A stretch of DNA of 64,000 nucleotides from Macrostomum lignano (lineage: Eukaryota), in NCBI GenBank assembly GCA_002269645.1, contig NIVC01000952.1, positions 276,967 to 340,966 of the forward strand, written 5' to 3'. Below the pieces are notes generated by a model, which searched no databases, was not told the DNA's origin, and worked only from the letters and a program-made list of their open reading frames with translations. Every line of letters begins with the position of its first letter. The first letter of the stretch is position 1. Of this stretch, positions 10,447 to 22,400 are shown piece after piece. The position numbers and the translations under genes are program-made.

Positions 10447-13400
10447 ATGTACTGCAAGGCCATGCAGAGCCTGGCTCGCAGCTTGTTTCGCAAGAAGAGC
10501 CTGGCCGAGGCCAGCTCCATGGAGACGCCTCTGAGCCGCTGCCTGTCCACCTGGGACATGATCTTCTACGGGGTGGCGCAGATGGCAGGGGCCGGTATCT
10601 ACGTGCTGGTTGGCAGCGTCATCAAGGATGAGGCAGGTGAGATTTCGCACTGTCCCCTGGGGATTTGTCCTTTATATCCGGCTTCAGACTTTGTTTGACT
10701 GAAATTTATTTGTCCAACTGTAAATCATTTTTTCGACATGGCTCTGCTCAAGGATTATTGCAGCTCATTTGCAAATGAAGAAAATTTAAACCAGCAATAC
10801 GCTCGTACATGTACTATCAAAGCATCAAGGCAAACTCCACATGCGGCCCGCAAAGCCTCCCTACCCGGCCCTCTGGTTCTTTACGAACTTCACAATAGCG
10901 ATCCGGCCAAGGCTTGTCTCTCCTCTCCTCTGCCTTCTCTCCTCTTTTTTCTCCTCTTCCTTCTCTCCTCTCCTCTCCCTCTCTCTTCTCCTCTCTTCTC
11001 TTCTCTCATCTCTTCTCCTCTCCTCTCCTCTCCCTTCTCTTCTCTCATCTCTTCTCCTCTCCTCTCCTTTCCTCTCCCTTCTCTCCTCTCCTCTCCTTTC
11101 CTCTCCCTTCTCTCCTCTCCTCTCTCCTCTTCCTTCTCTCCTCTCCTCTCCTCTCCTCTCCTCTCCCTTCTCTTCTCTCATCTCTTCTCCTCTCCTCTCC
11201 TCTCCATTCTCTCTTCTCTTCTCCTCTCATCTGCTTTCGCTTCTCTCCTCTCCTCTTCCTTCTCTCCTCTCCTCTAATCTCCTCTCCCTCCTCTACCGTC
11301 TCACCTTTCCCCTCTCCTATTTCATTTCTCCTCTATTCTCTCTCCTCTCTCCCCTCCTCTGGCCTCTCCTCATGCGCTAGGTTCTCTACCTGTATCTGGC
11401 CCTTAAGATAAAAGCCCCTGTGTGGAAGGTTTTTATCAGTTCCGTAGAAACAGTTCTGCTGCTTTTTAGGATGTTAGGCAGGGCTGCCATTTTTGCTCAG
11501 TTAGGGCAGTCCTGCAGTCCGAGGCCCCGCAAGGGTGCGGCGCTGTTCCGGGCGACGAGCGAATCATCTGCTGGCAGCCAATGCAGGAGGCGCTGCTGCT
11601 GATTCTGCAGGAATTCGGTCGCTCCCCAGCTTTGAGTCGCGCCATGTGACAGCCTATTTTGTTGAAATGTATTCCTGGAATGACCTTCAACTGTCCCCAG
11701 GCCCGGCAGCCGTGTTCAGCTTCGCACTCTGCGCCATCGCCAGCCTCTTCACCGGGCTCTGCTACATGGAATTTTCAACTCTGGTGCCCCGGGCCGGCAG
11801 CTGCTACACCTTCACCTACATCACTATGGGTGAGCTGCCAGCCTTCGTCATCGGCTGGACGATGCTCTCCGACCTGCTGCTGGCCGTGGCCTCCGTGGCG
11901 AAGTCCTTCAGCAGCACCCTGGACGCCCTGACTGGCCGGGCCGTCAGCAACTTCACCGCCGCCCACATGCCGCTGCCGGCCACCAGCTTCCTGGACACCG
12001 GGCCAGACTGGATCGCCTTCGCGCTGGTGCTGCTGGCCGCGGGCGTCACCGCCACCGGGGCGGCCGCCTCAATGCGGCTGACGGCCGTCATCACCGCCGT
12101 GCAGCTGCTGCTGCTGGCCGGCATCGCCGTCGGCTGCTTCATCCTCGGCTCGGCAGCCAACTGGACCGAATTTGCGCCCTACGGCGTTGGCGGCATCTTC
12201 AAAGGCGCCACGGTGGCCGTGTTCGCCTTCTCCGGCTTCGAGGCGCTGGCAAACGCCGCCGAGGAATGCCAGAATCCGCGGCGCTCGCTGCCTGTGGCGC
12301 TGCTCGCCTCCCTGGGCGTCGTCAGCGGCCTCTACCTGGCCGCCTGCCTGGGGCTGTCTTACCTGGTCTATTATAAGGTGCGGGCTGGCTGTGGGATTAA
12401 GTGTGGGACTGGTGTCGGATTGGCGTGGGATTGGTTTGGGATTGGTGTGGGATTGGTGTGGGATTGGTGTGGGATTGGTGTGGGATTGGTTTGGGATTGG
12501 TGTGGGATTGGTGTGGGATTGGTTTGGGATTGGTGTGGGATTGGTGTGGGATTGGTGTGGGATTGGTGTGGGATTGGTGTGGGATTGGTTTGGGATTGGT
12601 GTGGGATTGGTGTGGGATTGGTTTGGGATTGGTGTGGGGTTGGTTTGGGATTGGTGTGGGATTGGTGTGGGATTGGTGTGGGGTTGGTTTGGGATTGGTG
12701 TGGGATTGGTGTGGGATTGGTTTGGGATTGGTGTGGGATTGGTGTGGGATTGGTGTGGGATTGGTGTGGGATTGGTGTGGGATTGGTGTGAGATTAGTGT
12801 GGGATTGGTGTGGGATTGGTGTGGGATTGGTGTGGGATTTGTGTGGGATTTGTGTGGGACTGATTGAGGCTCCTGGACGGGACTGGAAGATGCTGACCCC
12901 AAGCAGTGGCCAAAGCCAGCCTCGCAGCTCTGTCCCCGCCCCACCCGCAGGCGCTGGACATCGGGTCGCCCTTCGTCCTCGGCTTCGCGCACAGCCGCGC
13001 CCCCTGGCTGCAGTTCGTGGCCGCCGCCGGCACCCTGCTGGCCACCGCGGCCACCAAGTTCTCCACGGTGTACATCGTGCCTCGCCTGTTCTACGCTCTC
13101 GCCTCCGACCGCGTGATCTTCGCCTGCTTCGCCAAGGTGCACCCGCGCCTGGGTGTCCCGCTGGTCGGCCTCGCCGTCGGCGCCGCCATCTCCTCGGTGG
13201 CGGCCCTCCTCATCAACGTGGAGACGCTGGCCAGCCTGTACTCGCTGGGCACCCTGCTGTCCTACCTGGCAATCGGCATCAACCTGTACATCCTGCGGCA
13301 TCTGTACGACTCCAGGAGGCAGCCCGAGCTGCGGCCCTGGGCGCCCGGCTGTTTCTCCTGTTGCCATAGAAACGGCGCCGTTGTCAAGGTGACGCTGGCC

Positions 13401-14323
13401 GGCTACGCGGTCGCCTCGGCGCTGTTCGGCGTCGCCTGCAACGTCGCCGCGCCGCTGGGCGTCTGGTGGGCCTGGCTGCTCACCGCCCTGGCCGCCCTGC
13501 CGCCGCTGCTCACCGGGGCGGCGCTCTGCCTCTTCCAGCCGGCCGACGCGCCGCCTGGGACCTACGTGTCCCCGCTGATGCCGCTGGCGCCGCTCCTGGC
13601 CGTGCTGATCAACGGCCTCCTGCTGGCCAGCCTGCAGCCCCTTACCTGGCTGCGCTTCCTCGTGTGGACCGCCATCGGTGAGCTGGTGGGGCTTCGGTCT
13701 ATGGGGTGGGTCAGGCGGACTGTACGGGCTAGGGGTAGGCGTACACTGTACAGGTGAGTCAGGTGTACTGTACAGGTGAGTCAGGTGAACTGTACAGGTG
13801 AGTCAGGTGAACTGTACAGGTGAGTCAGGTGAGCTGTACAGGTGAGTCAGGTGAAATGTACAGGTGAGTCAGGTGAACTGTACAGGTGAGTCAGGTGAAC
13901 TGTACAGGTGAGTCAGGCGGACTGTACAGGTGAGTCAGGTGAACTGTACAGGTGAGTCAGGTGAACTGTACAGGTGAGTCAGGCGGACTGTACAGGTGAG
14001 TCAGGTGAACTGTACAGGTGAGTCAGGTGAGCTGTACAGGTGATTCAGGTGGCAATCGATAAAATGGGTCAAGTGGAGACGATAGAATGGGTCAAGTGGA
14101 GACGATAGAATGGGTCAGATGTCGGTCAGCTGCCCAGTTCAGTTTAGCAAGCACCACCCGACCACCCGCAGGTCTGCTGATCTACGGCCTGTACGGCTTT
14201 CGGCATAGCCGGGCGGCCTCGGAGGCGGCGGCGGAGGACTACGAGCCGCTGAGGGAGAAGGAGGGCGGCCCGGATGGTGGAGAGAAACTGCAGCAACCGG
14301 ACGAGGAGACTCGGCTGTCCTGA
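10447..14323 (+). CDS. Cationic amino acid transporter (SLC7/CAT family, APC superfamily), 4 exons, ~581 aa
   Basis: Exons 10447-10636, 11701-12377, 12951-13677 and 14172-14323, GT-AG and phase-consistent (1746 nt). CAT motifs: LFRKK...LSRCLSTWDMIFYGV..MAGAGIYVLVG...EAGPA; GLCYMEF...VPRAGSCYTFTY; FAPYGVGGIFKGA...FAFSGFE; PRLFYALASDR; YVSPLMP...TWLRF.VW..IGLLIYGLYGFRHS. Confidence 0.92.
10915..11350. repeat. Pyrimidine (CT/CTCCT) low-complexity tract in CAT intron 1
   Basis: Almost pure C/T run built from CTCTC/CTCCT/CTTCT. Confidence 0.9.
12400..12862. repeat. 11-bp G-rich minisatellite (GGGATTGGTGT)n, ~41 copies, in CAT intron 2
   Basis: Direct reading. It begins ~22 nt after the donor at 12378. 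Confidence 0.95.
13746..14050 (+). repeat. 22-bp minisatellite (14 copies) containing CAG|GTGAGT, in CAT intron 3
   Basis: Unit CTGTACAGGTGAGTCAGGTGAA at 13746, 13768 ... 14032. Confidence 0.95.
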
Positions 14324-14597
14324 GCACTGCTCAGCTATATTTCGCGTGACCTACTATCAGTAATATATGTGACCAATATTTATTACTTTTTTATCAAAGC
14401 ATTTCTATACTCAGCTGTCTCATCATTGCGCACTGTAATCTTTGCTAAAGTCAGTCTGGCAGATTTTTGCTTTCGGATTTTTGCGCTGTTTTAAATGCAA
14501 CCTGTACCTTTTGGCTTACCTGCTTCCAGGTGTGTGGGTCACGCTCGACACTTTTCATGATTTATTCTGTTTTGAAGAGTCTTCATGTAGCGTGAAG

Positions 14598-15432
14598 GGG
14601 ATGACCGATCTCATACTGAGGGAGATGACCGATGTCATACTGAGGGAGATGACCGATGTCATACTGAGGGAGATACCAATCTCATACTGAGGGATATGAC
14701 CGATCTCATACTGAGGGAGATGACCGATCTCATACTGAGGGCGATGACCAATATCAGACCGATCTCATTGATGGAGATGACCGATCACATACTGAGGGCG
14801 ATGACCGATCTCATACTGAGGGAGATGACCGATATCATGGTGAGGTACATGACCGATCACATACTGAGGGAGATGACCGATATCATGGTGAGGTACATGA
14901 CCGATCTCATACTGAGGGAGATGACCGATCTCATACTGAGGGAGATGACCGATCTCATACTGAGGGAGATGACCGATCTCATGCTGAGGGAGATGACCGA
15001 TCTCATACTGAGGGAGATGACCGATCTCATACTGAGGGAGATGACCGATCTCATGGTGAGGTACATGATCGATCTCATACTGAGGGAGATGACCGATATC
15101 ATGGTGAGGTACATGACCGATCTCATACTGAGGGAGATGACCGATATCATGGTGAGGTACATGACCGATCTCATACTGAGGGAGATGACCGATATCATGG
15201 TGAGGTACATGACCGATCTCATACTGAGGGAGATGACCGATCTCATGGTGAGGTACATGACCGATCTCATACTGAGGGAGATGACCGATCTCATGGTGAG
15301 GTACATGACCGATCTCATACTGAGGAAGATGACCGATATCATGGTGAGGTACATGACCGATCTCATACTGAGGGAGATGACCGATATCATGGTGAGGTAC
15401 ATGACCGATATCATGGTGAGGTACATGACCGA
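14598..15432. repeat. 24-bp minisatellite (~35 copies) with two variant units
   Basis: ATGACCGATCTCATACTGAGGGAG and ATGACCGATATCATGGTGAGGTAC, alternating in the 3' half. Confidence 0.95.
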
Positions 15433-15990
15433 GATTCAAAGTGAACCATTGTGTGATGCCTTAACTTAGAAAAAGTAAATCACAACAGGCAGCCCGTAAA
15501 ATCTGCTGAATCATATTTTCCATTCTGGTGTAGCAAATTTGATTTCATTGAAGTATAATTTCGCTCGTTGCTGTTCCTGCGAAGATTTAGTTCCACAATT
15601 TTTTGTATATGGGACTTTAAAATGGAGTTGGCATTTTCTGAGATTGAATTGACCCCTTCAAGAGGAAGATTAGTGATTTCAAATTTAATACAACTGCTGG
15701 AGAAACTCCAAGTCTGTGTGGGAAATGCCAATAAAATTAAAATCGATTTCCAAATGCTTGCGCTGCAGTCAGTGAGAGCCGACTTGCGCATGTCTGTCTC
15801 TTATTCGCAACATTTCAGTTGGAACTTCAACCCGATTTCGAAAATTCAAGTCTTTGGTTTTCAAATAACAAAATTGGACAAGAAAGGCTGGGCTGACTGG
15901 TTGACAGCTCTCTGATGATGCTAACCTGCTGCTCAACAAGCAGCCCCCGTGCTCACTCCAGCTTGAAAATTTAGCAATTTCGATTGGCTA

Positions 15991-18900
15991 GCAGCTGTGA
16001 GCTGCAGTTCACCAACTTTTCTGTGATGGGGTGGCAGCTGTGAGCTGCAGTTCACCAACTTTTCTGTGATGGGGTGGCAGCTGTGAGCTGCAGTTCACCA
16101 ACTTTTCTGTGATGGGGTGGCAGCTGTAAGGTGCAGTTCACCAACTTTTCTGTGATGGGGTGGCAGCTGTGAGCTGCAGTTCACCAACTTTTCTGTGATG
16201 GGGTGGCAGCTGTAAGGTGCAGTTCACCAACTTTTCTGTGATGGGGTGGCAGCTGTGAGCTGCAGTTCACCAACTTTTCTGTGATGGGGTGGCAGCTGTG
16301 AGCTGCAGTTCACCAACTTTTCTGTGATGGGGTGGCAGCTGTAAGGTGCAGTTCACCAACTTTTCTGTGATGGGTGGCAGCTGTAAGGTGCAGTTCACCA
16401 ACTTTTCTGTGATGGGGTGGCAGCTGTAAGGTGCAGTTCACCAACTTTTCTGTGATGGGGTGGCAGCTGTAAGGTGCAGTTCACCAACTATTCTGTGATG
16501 GGGTGGCAGCTGTGAGCTGCAGTTCACCAACTTTTCTGTGATGGGGTGGCAGCTGTAAGGTGCAGTTCACCAACTTTTCTGTGATGGGGTGGCAGCTGTA
16601 AGGTGCAGTTCACCAACTTTTCTGTGATGGGGTGGCAGCTGTAAGGTGCAGTTCACCAACTTTTCTGTGATGGGGTGGCAGCTGTAAGGTGCAGTTCACC
16701 AACTTTTCTGTGATGGGGTGGCAGCTGTAAGCTGCAGTTCACCAACTTTTCTGTGATGGGGTGGCAGCTGTAAGGTGCAGTTCACCAACTTTTCTGTGAT
16801 GGGGTGGCAGCTGTAAGGTGCAGTTCACCAACTTTTCTGTGATGGGGTGGCAGCTGTAAGGTGCAGTTCACCAACTTTTCTGTGATGGGGTGGCAGCTGT
16901 AAGGTGCAGTTCACCAACTTTTCTGTGATGGGGTGGCAGCTGTAAGGTGCAGTTCACCAACTTTTCTGTGATGGGGTGGCAGCTGTAAGGTGCAGTTCAC
17001 CAACTTTTCTGTGATGGGGTGGCAGCTGTAAGGTGCAGTTCACCAACTATTCTGTGATGGGGTGGCAGCTGTGAGCTGCAGTTCACCAACTTTTCTGTGA
17101 TGGGGTGGCAGCTGTAAGGTGCAGTTCACCAACTTTTCTGTGATGGGGTGGCAGCTGTAAGGTGCAGTTCACCAACTTTTCTGTGATGGGGTGGCAGCTG
17201 TAAGGTGCAGTTCACCAACTTTTCTGTGATGGGGTGGCAGCTGTAAGGTGCAGTTCACCAACTTTTCTGTGATGGGGTGGCAGCTGTAAGGTGCAGTTCA
17301 CCAACTTTTCTGTGATGGGGTGGCAGCTGTGAGGTGCAGTTTACCAACTTTTCTGTGATGGGGTGGCAGCTGTAAGGTGCAGTTCAACTTTTCTGTGATG
17401 GGGTGGCAGCTGTGAGCTGCAGTTCACCAACTTTTCTGTGATGGGGTGGCAGCTGTAAGGTGCAGTTCACCAACTTTTCTGTGATGGGGTGGCAGCTGTA
17501 AGGTGCAGTTCACCAACTTTTCTGTGATGGGGTGGCAGCTGTAAGGTGCAGTTCACCAACTTTTCTGTGATGGGGTGGCAGCTGTAAGGTGCAGTTCACC
17601 AACTTTTCTGTGATGGGGTGGCAGCTGTAAGGTGCAGTTCACCAACTTTTCTGTGATGGGGTGGCAGCTGTAAGGTGCAGTTCACCAACTTTTCTGTGAT
17701 GGGGTGGCAGCTGTGAGCTGCAGTTCACCAACTTTTCTGTGATGGGGTGGCAGCTGTAAGGTGCAGTTCACCAACTTTTCTGTGATGGGGTGGCAGCTGT
17801 GAGCTGCAGTTCACCAACTTTTCTGTGATGGGGTGGCAGCTGTGAGCTGCAGTTCACCAACTTTTCTGTGATGGGGTGGCAGCTGTGAGGTGCAGTTCAC
17901 CAACTTTTCTGTGATGGGGTGGCAGCTGTAAGGTGCAGTTCACCAACTTTTCTGTGATGGGGTTGCAGCTGTAAGGTGCAGTTCACCAACTTTTCTGTGA
18001 TGGGGTGGCAGCTGTGAGCTGCAGTTCACCAACTTTTCTGTGATGGGGTGGCAGCTGTGAGCTGCAGTTCACCAAATTTTCTGTGATGGGGTGGCAGCTG
18101 TGAGCTGCAGTTCACCAACTTTTCTGTGATGGGGTGGCAGCTGTGAGCTGCAGTTCACCAACTTTTCTGTGATGGGGTGGCAGCTGTAAGGTGCAGTTCA
18201 CCAACTTTTCTGTTATGGGGTGGCAGCTGTAAGGTGCAGTTCACCAACTTTTCTGTGATGGGGTGGCAGCTGTAAGGTGCAGTTCACCAACTTTTCTGTG
18301 ATGGGGTGGCAGCTGTAAGGTGCAGTTCACCAACTTTTCTGTGATGGGGTGGCAGCTGTAAGGTGCAGTTCACCAACTTTTCTGTGATGGGGTGGCAGCT
18401 GTAAGGTGCAGTTCACCAACTTTTCTGTGATGGGGTGGCAGCTGTAAGGTGCAGTTCACCAACTTTTCTGTGATGGGGTGGCAGCTGTAAGGTGCAGTTC
18501 ACCAACTTTTCTGTGATGGGGTTGCAGCTGTAAGGTGCAGTTCACCAACTTTTCTGTGATGGGGTGGCAGCTGTAAGGTGCAGTTCACCAACTTTTCTGT
18601 GATGGGGTGGCAGCTGTAGGGTGCAGTTCACCAACTTTTCTGTGATGGGGTGGCAGCTGTAAGGTGCAGTTCACCAACTTTTCTGTGATGGGGTGGCAGC
18701 TGTAAGGTGCAGTTCACCAACTTTTCTGTGATGGGGTGGCAGCTGTAAGGTGCAGTTCACCAACTTTTCTGTGATGGGGTGGCAGCTGTAAGGTGCAGTT
18801 CACCAACTTTTCTGTGATGGGGTGGCAGCTGTAAGGTGCAGTTCACCAACTTTTCTGTGATGGGGTGGCAGCTGTGAGCTGCAGTTCACCAACTTTTCTG

Positions 18901-20817
18901 TGATGGGGTGGCAGCTGTGAGCTGCAGTTCACCAACTTTTCTGTGATGGGGTGGCAGCTGTGAGCTGCAGTTGACCAACTTTTCTGTGATGGGGTGGCAG
19001 CTGTAAGGTGCAGTTCACCAACTTTTCTGTGATGGGGTGGCAGCTGTAAGGTGCAGTTCACCAACTTTTCTGTGATGGGGTGGCAGCTGTAAGGTGCAGT
19101 TCACCAACTTTTCTGTGATGGGGTGGCAGCTGTAAGGTGCAGTTCACCAACTTTTCTGTGATGGGGTGGCAGCTGTAAGGTGCAGTTCACCAACTTTTCT
19201 GTGATGGGGTGGCAGCTGTAAGGTGCAGTTCACCAACTTTTCTGTGATGGGGTGGCAGCTGTAAGGTGCAGTTCACCAACTTTTCTGTGATGGGGTGGCA
19301 GCTGTAAGGTGCAGTTCACCAACTTTTCTGTGATGGGGTGGCAGCTGTAAGGTGCAGTTCACCAACTTTTCTGTGATGGGGTGGCAGCTGTGAGCTGCAG
19401 TTCACCAACTTTTCTGTGATGGGGTGGCAGCTGTAAGGTGCAGTTCACCAACTTTTCTGTGATGGGGTGGCAGCTGTGAGCTGCAGTTCACCAACTTTTC
19501 TGTGATGGGGTGGCAGCTGTGAGGTGCAGTTCACCAACTTTTCTGTGATGGGGTGGCAGCTGTGAGGTGCAGTTCACCAACTTTTCTGTGATGGGGTGGC
19601 AGCTGTAAGGTGCAGTTCACCAACTTTTCTGTGATGGGGTGCAGCTGTAAGGTGCAGTTCACCAACTTTTCTGTGATGGGGTGGCAGCTGTGAGCTGCAG
19701 TTCACCAACTTTTCTGTGATGGGGTGGCAGCTGTGAGCTGCAGTTCACCAAATTTTCTGTGATGGGGTGGCAGCTGTGAGCTGCAGTTCACCAACTTTTC
19801 TGTGATGGGGTGGCAGCTGTGAGCTGCAGTTCACCAACTTTTCTGTGATGGGGTGGCAGCTGTAAGGTGCAGTTCACCAACTTTTCTGTGATGGGGTGGC
19901 AGCTGTAAGGTGCAGTTCACCAACTTTTCTGTGATGGGGTGGCAGCTGTAAGGTGCAGTTCACCAACTTTTCTGTGATGGGGTGGCAGCTGTAAGGTGCA
20001 GTTCACCAACTTTTCTGTGATGGGGTGGCAGCTGTAAGGTGCAGTTCACCAACTTTTCTGTGATGGGGTGGCAGCTGTAAGGTGCAGTTCACCAACTTTT
20101 CTGTGATGGGGTGGCAGCTGTAAGGTGCAGTTCACCAACTTTTCTGTGATGGGGTGGCAGCTGTAAGGTGCAGTTCACCAACTTTTCTGTGATGGGGTGG
20201 CAGCTGTGAGCTGCAGTTCACCAACTTTTCTGTGATGGGGTGGCAGCTGTGAGCTGCAGTTCACCAACTTTTCTGTGATGGGGTGGCAGCTGTGAGCTGC
20301 AGTTCACCAACTTTTCTGTGATGGGGTGGCAGCTGTGAGCTGCAGTTCACCAACTTTTCTGTGATGGGGTGGCAGCTGTGAGGTGCAGTTCACCAACTTT
20401 TCTGTGATGGGGTGGCAGCTGTAAGGTGCAGTTCACCAACTTTTCTGTGATGGGGTGCAGCTGTAGGTGCAGTTCACCAACTTTTCTGTGATGGGGTGGC
20501 AGCTGTGAGCTGCAGTTCACCAACTTTTCTGTGATGGGGTGGCAGCTGTGAGCTGCAGTTCACCAACTTTTCTGTGATGGGGTGGCAGCTGTGAGCTGCA
20601 GTTCACCAACTTTTCTGTGATGGGGTGGCAGCTGTAGGTGCAGTTCACCAACTTTTCTGTGATGGGGTGGCAGCTGTAAGGTGCAGTTCACCAACTTTTC
20701 TGTTATGGGGTGGCAGCTGTAAGGTGCAGTTCACCAACTTTTCTGTGATGGGGTGGCAGCTGTAAGGTGCAGTTCACCAACTTTTCTGTGATGGGGTGGC
20801 AGCTGTAAGGTGCAGTT
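15991..20817. repeat. 43-bp satellite array, ~112 copies (4.8 kb)
   Basis: Unit CAGCTGT(A/G)AG(G/C)TGCAGTTCACCAACTTTTCTGTGATGGGGTGG. Contiguous units with no spacers. Confidence 0.97.
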
Positions 20818-21271
20818 GACTAGGATACCAGGAGTGACTTTTTTGAGCAGACTACTGGCTAGCTGAGATAATTGACACTGAGAAATGGGCTAAAGTCGCT
20901 TATAACAAACATGGTTGATTTCGATAGCTTACTGCGAGATTCGAGGGATGACGGAAGATAAGAAATCAATCGATGAGTTGATTGTACAAATAAAGTAAAC
21001 TCTGGGCGCAGAGAAATCAAAAGATAAGAAAATTTAGAAGGGTCAAAGGAATTATTCATTCAGTTCTTGCCCGGATGTACGAAGCGCTCGGGACTCGGAT
21101 GCGCCGTCCAATGCACAGCTTGCCGTAATTTTACCTTCACGAGGGCAAGTTTTATTGTTTTAAGGGAATAACGAAAGCATTGTAAAAATTTCAAATTAAT
21201 GGTATTTGATAAGCAGTTTTTATTTTCGATCTCAATTCAACAGTCAGTCATTCATCCGTCATCAAATACGC

Positions 21272-21630
21272 CTAAGCGTTGCACAGGTCCGACTCGCAGA
21301 TCTGAATGCTGTCGCGGGCGAAGTAGGGCGCCACTACCTCCAAAGTTACTTCGGGTGGAACGCAGCCCTTGATGACGTCACCCGCCCGGGCCAGCGTCAG
21401 GCCATCCGAGCGGGCCACGGCCTCGCCTGTCTCCAGGAGAGTCCCCGAGAAGCATTTCGCGTAGCTTCTCCATTGCAGTTCTCCAGCCGGTGAGCCATCG
21501 ACCCGTCGGCTTCGCGTCTGTTGATCGTGAACTAGCACTGGTAGGCTGATGCTGCGGGCAGCTGGGCGAGCACCATCAGCATCAGGCAGGTGCACAGGGT
21601 CAGGAAGGTTCGGTGAGCTGCGGCTGCCAT
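21272..21630 (-). pseudogene. Disrupted secreted three-finger (Ly6/uPAR-like) protein gene
   Basis: ATG at 21630 encodes a signal peptide (MAAAAHRTFLTLCTCLMLMVLAQLPAASA), then YQC, an in-frame TAG (21532-21534) and FT...ENCNG. A 1-nt frameshift near 21465-21470 leads into SYAKCFSG...IKGCVPP...IQICESDLCNA-stop. The C-x3-DLCN terminus is typical of LU domains. The span is 359 nt, one short of an intact frame. Confidence 0.7.
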
Positions 21631-21884
21631 GGTGAAATTCAGTTCTGAAACACAGCTGGGCGAGCTTCAAGTCGGAATGTAGAAACAATTAGATACAATG
21701 GGATTGTTGCAATTTTTTGCTGCAATTTTCTTCTGCATTGCTTGAATAAGGAGCAGCTGTGAAGCGCAGTGAAAGCGTTTAAGACAATAATTTAATGATC
21801 ACGAGAGCTTTTATGATACCGGAAACTTCAGGTTCAGGAAGAGCTTCAGGTGTTAAGGAGACCCTCCAGGCTAGAAAAAAAAAC

Positions 21885-22400
21885 CGAGCTTCAGTGTGAG
21901 GAGGAGCGTCAATGTGAGGAGGAGCTTCAATGTGAGGTGGAGCTTCAGTGTGAGGAGGAGCTTCAGTGAAAGGTGGAGGTTGAACTTGATGCTTGTGTCT
22001 GTTGCACTTGATGCTTGTGTCTGTTGCACTTGATGCTTGTGTCTGTTGCACTTGATGCTTGTGTCTGCTGCACTTGATGCTTGTGTCTGCTACACTTGAT
22101 GCTTGTGTCTGCTACACTTGATGCTTGTGTCTGCTGCACTTGATGCTTGTGTCTGCTGCACTTGATGCTTGTGTCTGCTGCACTTGATGCTTGGGTCTGC
22201 TGCACTTGATGCTTGTGTCTGCTGCATTTGATGCTTGTGTCTGCTGCACTTGATGCTTGTGTCTGCTGCACTTGATGCTTGTGTCTGCTGCACTTAATGC
22301 TTGGGTCTGCTACACTTGATGCTTGTGTCTGTTGCACTTGATGCTTGTGTCTGCTGCATTTGATGCTCGTGTCTGCTGCTCTTGATGCTTGTGTCTGCAG
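21885..22400. repeat. Adjacent 18-bp (~4 copies) and 22-bp (~19 copies) minisatellites
   Basis: AGCTTCAGTGTGAGGAGG, then GCACTTGATGCTTGTGTCTGCT. Confidence 0.9.

Noticed and set aside
14696-15469. 257-aa MTDLILRE-repeat protein
   Set aside because: A stop-free frame is expected from a 24-bp unit. There is no non-repeat coding context or splice support.
15991-20817. CRISPR array (43-bp repeat)
   Set aside because: No spacers; it is a pure tandem satellite.
21532-21534. Programmed readthrough or selenocysteine/pyrrolysine recoding of the in-frame TAG
   Set aside because: Sec uses UGA, TAG is an ordinary stop in G3BP here, and a second lesion (frameshift) follows. Pseudogenisation is simpler.
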